Shown here: piece by piece, positions 57,429-64,000 of the stretch
Layout: each line of letters starts with the position of its first letter
Numbering within the stretch: position 1 is the first letter of the stretch
Origin: the human T2T-CHM13v2.0 reference genome, Homo sapiens
Assembly: GCF_009914755.1 (NCBI RefSeq)
Contig: NC_060928.1
Strand: one strand, 5' to 3'
Length of the DNA stretch: 64,000 bases
The notes under the pieces: model-generated
Told to the model about the DNA's origin: nothing
Databases searched by the model: none
Seen by the model: the letters and a program-made list of their open reading frames with translations, nothing else
Position numbers and translations under genes: made by a program

Positions 57429-60400
57429 TCAGTGAGAGGGAATCCTTCAGTGAAGAACAAAGTGACGGGACCTGCACACCACACAACAGACTCCTTACCA
57501 TACTCGGAAGTAACCAAAGGTTTGAAAACAGCCAATGTCTCTTGCCAACCAAAATGTCCTCTTGAAGTTATTAAGATGTAAGCATTTCTCCTGTCTTCAT
57601 GAAAGTTTAGCTCAAAGAAATCCAAAGTGGACACATAAAGAGGAAAGCTGCTTTCAGGGACAAGCCTCTAGAACCAGCATCAACTGGCCACATCATAAGC
57701 ATCAAACACCTTAACCTAGACAGGCTGCAGCATGTCCCTCTTTGTATTCCTCCATTGTACTAGGTAATGGCAAATTCAGTGGAATCAGTATGTTTGCTAT
57801 ACCTAAAAACCTAGCAAAGGGCTTAAAGCAGGAGCTAAAAGGAGCTAGAAAAGGAATTAACCGGGGCATTTCCATGCCATCTCAGAATCCCAGAAAGAAC
57901 TTCTTGACAAGCAACTCAATGATGACATGAAAAAAAAAGAAATTATAAACTCCTGTCTCCACTTAACTTTGGAAGCATGTGGAGTGAGTGACAAGGTAAG
58001 AGAAACTAAAAAAAAAAATCAAGATAAGGTCACTAGGTAGAAATGTATTGTCTGCCCTTCAGCAGTGAACAGGTCAAACTGATGTTCATCTGGTATCCAT
58101 TACTGCCTAAATGAAAGAAAAACTCAGTAGATCAATGTAGATGTAAGTGATGGTTAAATAATAACAAGGAAAAAAATGCCTTTCACAATATTTAGCAAAA
58201 ATGCATTGAACTGGTTTTGGTCCTATTCAATTAAAACATGGAATTCTCAAAGTGGGAATGATATTTGATTTTTTTAAAAAGTAATCTTTGGTGTGCTACA
58301 GCGATAGGTAAGGCATTTGTACAAAAAACTTAATGATTTCTTCAGTGAGTACACCAACTGGTGAGCTGCAAATAAAACACATAAATGGGGAACCAATGAC
58401 ATCAGTTTGCTTTACTCCCTGTGAAGTGCAAGCCAGATATTTCAGGGCCAATCACCAATGCTCAATTGGGCTGCATCACCATGGCTGATTAAGGATAATT
58501 TCATGGTACCTTTATCCTCCCAACCTTATTTGGGGGGGGAAAAAAAAAAAGGAAAGCAGTTTCAAGCTGAAACTTTACCAGCCACTCCTACACAAATGTG
58601 CAGTGCCTTTTATTAGTATGGATGAGATTCCTAAAAGATATACACAGTTGTTTCAATACTCATTAAAAGATGAGAAATAGTTTTTCCCCCCTCTGCATTT
58701 TAAAGGTTAGCATAATGGTGATTAGTCAACTGTGAGAGGAATAAGATGCGAAAATGGGGAAAGACCAAGGCCCAAAGCAAAGCTTGTTAATTCTTCTCTA
58801 ATTTAGTAATAAATTGCAAAATAATAGAGCTGTCTAATGAGCACCCACCCTGAAAACTAACTCAATTATTTTGAAATACAAAAGAATAGCATGAAGTGGT
58901 ACTCTACTGTCTTTTTTAGACTACTGTGAATATAATTTCATCATAATTAACAGGTATAAAAGTTTGTCATCATTATCATTTATGAAATGATTTAATTAAT
59001 TTAAATGGTAAAAGTGAAATTTCTAGGTTTTAAAAGCCAATAGGGTGGGAGTGTTAAAAATGTAGCTAGAACAATGGATACTTCTGGAATGGGGCTCCAT
59101 TTCTAATCATTTTTGTCATCCTGGTATGGAAGAATGTGCTCTGCTGTAGTTGCTGGTCAGACAATGGGTATTAGCAATTTACATTGGTAGTATACTTAAC
59201 ACAACACAGAGTCACAGAAACCACAGAAAACAGCCAGACTATCAACAAGAATGCACACTGCAGATTAGAATTTGCCAAGAGGAATAGAGAATTCCCACAT
59301 AAATAGCAGTTTATTCACTGCTATTTAGGAAGCAGTTGTATTTTCTCTTACAGTGCTATTGTTTCCCCTACCATATCCAAATCATGTACAAATTGGAAGA
59401 GTCTAAAGTGGCACTTTTTGTATCACACCAAAGGACCATATGCACATAATTTTGAGAAAAACAAAAAAGTTACCTTGCAAGAACAAAATACAACTGAAGA
59501 ATTTTGTTTTAAAGGGGAACTTCAAATTATTATTTTTGAAATTTCCAAAGGATATGGTATGTATAATAAATATTAAAAACTATTTTGATATGCAGTTCTC
59601 TTATAACTATATATTTAAACAACAGTCAAGTAAAAAGCAAATACTAAAGGTTCGACTCTACTGTCCTTGAGCAGTGCTAGAACACAGCTGGAGATGGACA
59701 CTTCTTGATGTCCCCTGCAGCTCCTAGTACAGTGCCTGGCACAAAGCAGACACTCAGTACACATTCATCAATTGAGTGCTACTTGATACTCGCTATTCTT
59801 GTTATCGGCCACTTCCACAGCCACTAGATGCTTTTGAACTTTTTATAATATTTTGCTGGTGTTAATTCTCATACAAATACCAGTAGGTTACAATTTGATT
59901 TAAGATTACCAGAACTGTTCATCTTATATACAGCTGTCTCATGTTGGAATATTTTTTAGAGATACAAATTAATGTTGAACTACAACAAAGCACTATTTAA
60001 ATGAACATTTTTTTCCTTTGGCTACAAACTTCTGAAGACTAGAATTAAGATGGCTATTTTTATTCTCTTCAGTGCTGCCTGAAAGTGATTTGAGGGAGGG
60101 ACATGGTTCAGCTCAAAGATTATTGTTTTATAAGCTACTGGTCAAAACAGCTGCCATAACCCCCACCCCACATCATTCAAAATATATAATCCTTTTGTTT
60201 TCTGTGATTATAGTATTCATCATATACAAAAGTCAAACATAGCTTTAAGGGAAAGAAACAAACAAACAAACCATAGAAGGACATTTTCCCCTTTAAAGCA
60301 AGAACATTTTGGTTAATACTGAGCCACAACTGTTAGCTCAACACCCACACACTCTGTACAAGCTACAGCAAAAAAATGAATACACCCAGCAGAGCCCTTA

Positions 60401-60440
60401 TCTGTTGCAGGTACAACAGAAAGGGGACTGGCCAATTTAC

Positions 60441-60470
60441 CTTCATCAGCCTCAATAGCCTCAACAGTAG
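60441..60470 (-). CDS. PPP3CA: PPP3CA 30-nt cassette microexon (ATVEAIEADE)
   Basis: ttctcttcag|CTACTGTTGAGGCTATTGAGGCTGATGAAG|gtaaat. Symmetric phase 1-1 exon matching the known optional 10-residue insert of calcineurin A. Confidence 0.96.
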
Positions 60471-62725
60471 CTGAAGAGAAGAAAGGGGGTGCAAAATGAA
60501 TGAGAAAAATGAGCAGAGGATTTTTTAACTCTAAGAACAAATCAGTGACCATCAAAGGAGCTAAGAGAACTAATGTTCCTGTAAGTGCTAGATTCTGGCA
60601 CAGACAACAAAACAGAAATGCTAAAAAAAAAAAAAATGCCACAGAAATTATAAATTTAATTTATGAGCTGGGTACGCCTATCTGAATTAAATGTTTTGGT
60701 TTTTGCCCACTAAATAAATAACAAACAACCCTTTAGGAAAACACTTAGGAAAATTTCTTTTACATGGACTGAATTATAAGAGATTATGTAAATCTCAACT
60801 GTGCTTCTGACTCACACAGAATACTATATAACCTCTGCTATGCTTGGTGATTTAGTTTTAAAATGCCAGACAAAATGGCAGAATTTGAAGCAGTGCCACA
60901 ATATCAGTGGGATCATTCACACTATTTAATATTAAACAGCACTATTTCCTGATGTGATGGAAAAACAGGGAGATTCAAATTTAAAGGAAAAATAAAAGTC
61001 AGGGTGTCTAAGGAGATAATGGATGTGACTCTTTAAAGATAAACACATCAGGCATTACTAGATCTGGGGGTCGGTGGGTAGGAAGAGGGTGAAGGAAAAG
61101 GAAAAAAGGAAACGAATGATATAATCTGGACTTCGTTTTCCAGCAAGCCCAATTATGTTTTCTTTTCCTTAGTGGAATATCCTTTTTGGAAGTAAAATTC
61201 TTAAAATGTTACAAATCAAGTGGTAACGTGCCAGTAGTGGCAATAATTCTATCAGCATTTTAAAGAATAGGCAGCCTAAATACTGAATATACAGAAACAG
61301 CATATTTCAGAGGCAGAACTTGAAAAGCCCACTGCTTTATCAGCAATTTTTGTAATAAGGTTAGGGTCTAAACTTCCACTATATAAGTATATGAGTCTTT
61401 CTATGTTATTAAGATTAGTTTATACTTCCCTAATGAAATCTTAAAATGCAAAACTTCTCTGTAACTCCAAAATGTTTAATATTAAAATTCTACCCCTTGA
61501 CTTTAATTTGCATTTTTCTTATAATTCAAGATTTTAAAACTACAGCAACTGCAAAATGTGCACTATAACTTACTTACGGTGGATTCGAGATTCCTTATGA
61601 TAAAAATGGAGAATGGTTATCACCATGGAGAGAGAGAGTACATAGCAAAGTTGTAAGTAGTCTACCCTTTTAGACAAATTGAAGGGCATCAGGCAATACA
61701 TTTTGGAGTCGTATCAATGTATGTGGTTTAAAATATATAGTAAGTTTTCAAACCCATATAGAAAGGTTCCAACCCATATGTCTTTTATGTGTATGTGTGT
61801 TTGTGTGTAGGTTGAACCATAGAAAAACACAAACCAATGGATTTAAAATAAAATAAAACCAAATAACCTAAGTAAAAACACAAGTGAAAATCTGGAAATG
61901 AAACAAAGAACTGGAAAAACTTAAGTAACGTAAGTTTAAAAGTAAAGCAAAACATCCAGAATCACACCAGCACTGACATATTAGAACTATGTACTGCCCA
62001 CTATTAAATGTTCTAAAGCGAATGTTAAATGAACACTATTAAATGTGTTCTAAAGCCCACAGTTTCTGATAATACACTTGCTGTGCCTTAAAATGTGCTT
62101 ATCAGAAACTAGATTTCAGTCAGTTAGGTAGATGGTACATTTTGGACATGTAAATGATCCATTTATGCTAATGTTTTAGTAAGATATTTAATTTGGTAGA
62201 AAAACTTTTGTGTGTTTTTTTTTTTAAAGTTGTTAAAATAATTCCTAGCTGTAAATTTAAAGGGGACGTTTACTTCTCAATACTATGTATCTTCCTACCT
62301 TCATTTAAAAATTTTTGTCTTTTTGTAAAAACTCAAAAGACACTGATTCGGAATATATTCATCTGAAAATAAAGACAATTAATGTGATGCAGCCATGATG
62401 TGATCATTCAGCAATACTATATTCATGAAGTTGATCATTACTCTTCATGTAGAAGTTTATTGAATAATATAAATGAGAATAGTGAGTCTTCTAGGTTGAA
62501 GGGCAGGGACAGAAAAGAAAATACAAAAAAGATTCAAAGAAAGATACAGGAAAATAAGCAAGAGGCCGAGAATGTTTTGAAAAATGTTATAGCATATTTT
62601 CATTTTAATTTTTTTCTGTTAAAGCCTCATCTAATAGCAATCTCCTATTGTTAAAATTGTATTGTATGTAATAATAATAGTAGTTAAAATTGATAACAAA
62701 TGTAACAAAAGTGAAAGAATATATA

Positions 62726-62910
62726 GGACTGTGCTGCTAACATGGTAGCCACTAGCCTCCTGGCTTATTTTAATTAAATTTAATATAAATTAGATAAAAG
62801 AAAACGTTTAGTTTCTTGGTTATATTCCCTATATGCTCAACAGTCACATGCGGCTTCTGTATAGATACAGAAATTTCCACCATCACAAAGAGCTCTGCTG
62901 GACGGCACAG
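62726..62910. mobile_element. MER3/MER33-like hAT DNA transposon in a PPP3CA intron
   Basis: gtgctgctaacatggtagccactagc ... atttccaccatcacaaagagctctgctggacggcac. Confidence 0.65.
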
Positions 62911-63464
62911 GTCTAAGGTCTAGAAAGCTACACATTTTAACACAAAATCTGTATTATAAAGGAAATGTTACTCTTTTTTCAAAAATAAAATGTGGTTCTA
63001 TTCAGTCTCTTGTTTTCAATTGATAAATCAGAGAAAAGACACAAATGGCTTCCAATTTCCATTCAAGAGGATAATGAAATCATCTCCTGAAAATCTAGAC
63101 ATACAGGTATATTTTAGTGGTTATGTGTGTATGTGTTATCTCATAAATGAAACATAACCAGAATACTTATTAAAAATGTGATTAAAAAGTTGTTTTTGAC
63201 AACGGAGTGGCTCAAAGTAGTCAAACCTATTGTGCATGTAGGCAACCTAAATGAGTTGTCCTGTAGCTAGGCTGAATATGTAGATTAACATGTGAATGAG
63301 GGAATGGGGGAAAGGTGGAGTAAAGACCACATTCCAGAGAATGAGGGAGCTATTATGTTGGACATGACTGATCAAACTGATTGGGGTTTCAGCCCTTCTG
63401 CCAGCTGAGAAGAAGAACTGAAGACCAAGACAGAGCTTAAATGAATGAATAAATCAGGGCTCTA

Positions 63465-63650
<186 letters not shown>

Positions 63651-64000
63651 TTAATTTCTTTTGTGAAAAAGAAAGAAATGACTGAAAGGAAAAAAAATGC
63701 ATATAAGCACCCACATTTCCCTCTATCTTGGCTCTCCGGATCTTTTTTTAAAATTTTTTTTAACATACTTTATTTTAATTTATTTATATACCAGTAATGT
63801 TCCATAAACGATTGCTACCATAAAGTTTACATTATCCAATTAGGGAGGTTCTGTTTCTTTTGAGTATCGAAGATAGATAGATAGATAAAGAAAACCATTT
63901 TGATTTTGTAATCAGGCATCTCAATACAAAGTGTTTGTTGTGCATTCTGTATGTTAAAAGTGAGCCATAGAGAATGCTGATGTTAAGTTTTTCAGCCAAG

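Noticed and set aside
60313-60642. 109-aa hydrophobic ORF spanning the microexon
   Set aside because: Only 30 nt lie between canonical splice sites. The rest is T-rich intron, which translates as hydrophobic residues by chance.

Overview
This is primate (human/great-ape-like) genomic DNA. The right end holds the last three coding exons and the ~2.4 kb 3' UTR of PPP3CA (calcineurin A alpha) on the minus strand: a 98-nt exon (63521-63618), a 30-nt microexon (60441-60470) and the terminal exon with the autoinhibitory domain (57141-57337). The remaining ~54 kb is intergenic and dominated by transposable elements. These include a 5.8 kb deleted-type HERV-H provirus nested in a 5'-inverted L1, which is itself nested in an older L1; a complete THE1D/MSTA-like MaLR; solo LTRs; about 17 Alus; and old L1/L2/MIR/DNA-transposon fragments. 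I found no convincing new protein-coding system, and nearly all listed ORFs are repeat-derived. The most interesting observations are candidate regulatory elements around the microexon, two possible routes to calcineurin lacking its autoinhibitory domain, discordant HERV-H LTRs, and several local templated duplications. Repeat subfamily names are from recalled consensus sequences, not a database search, and many repeat boundaries are approximate.
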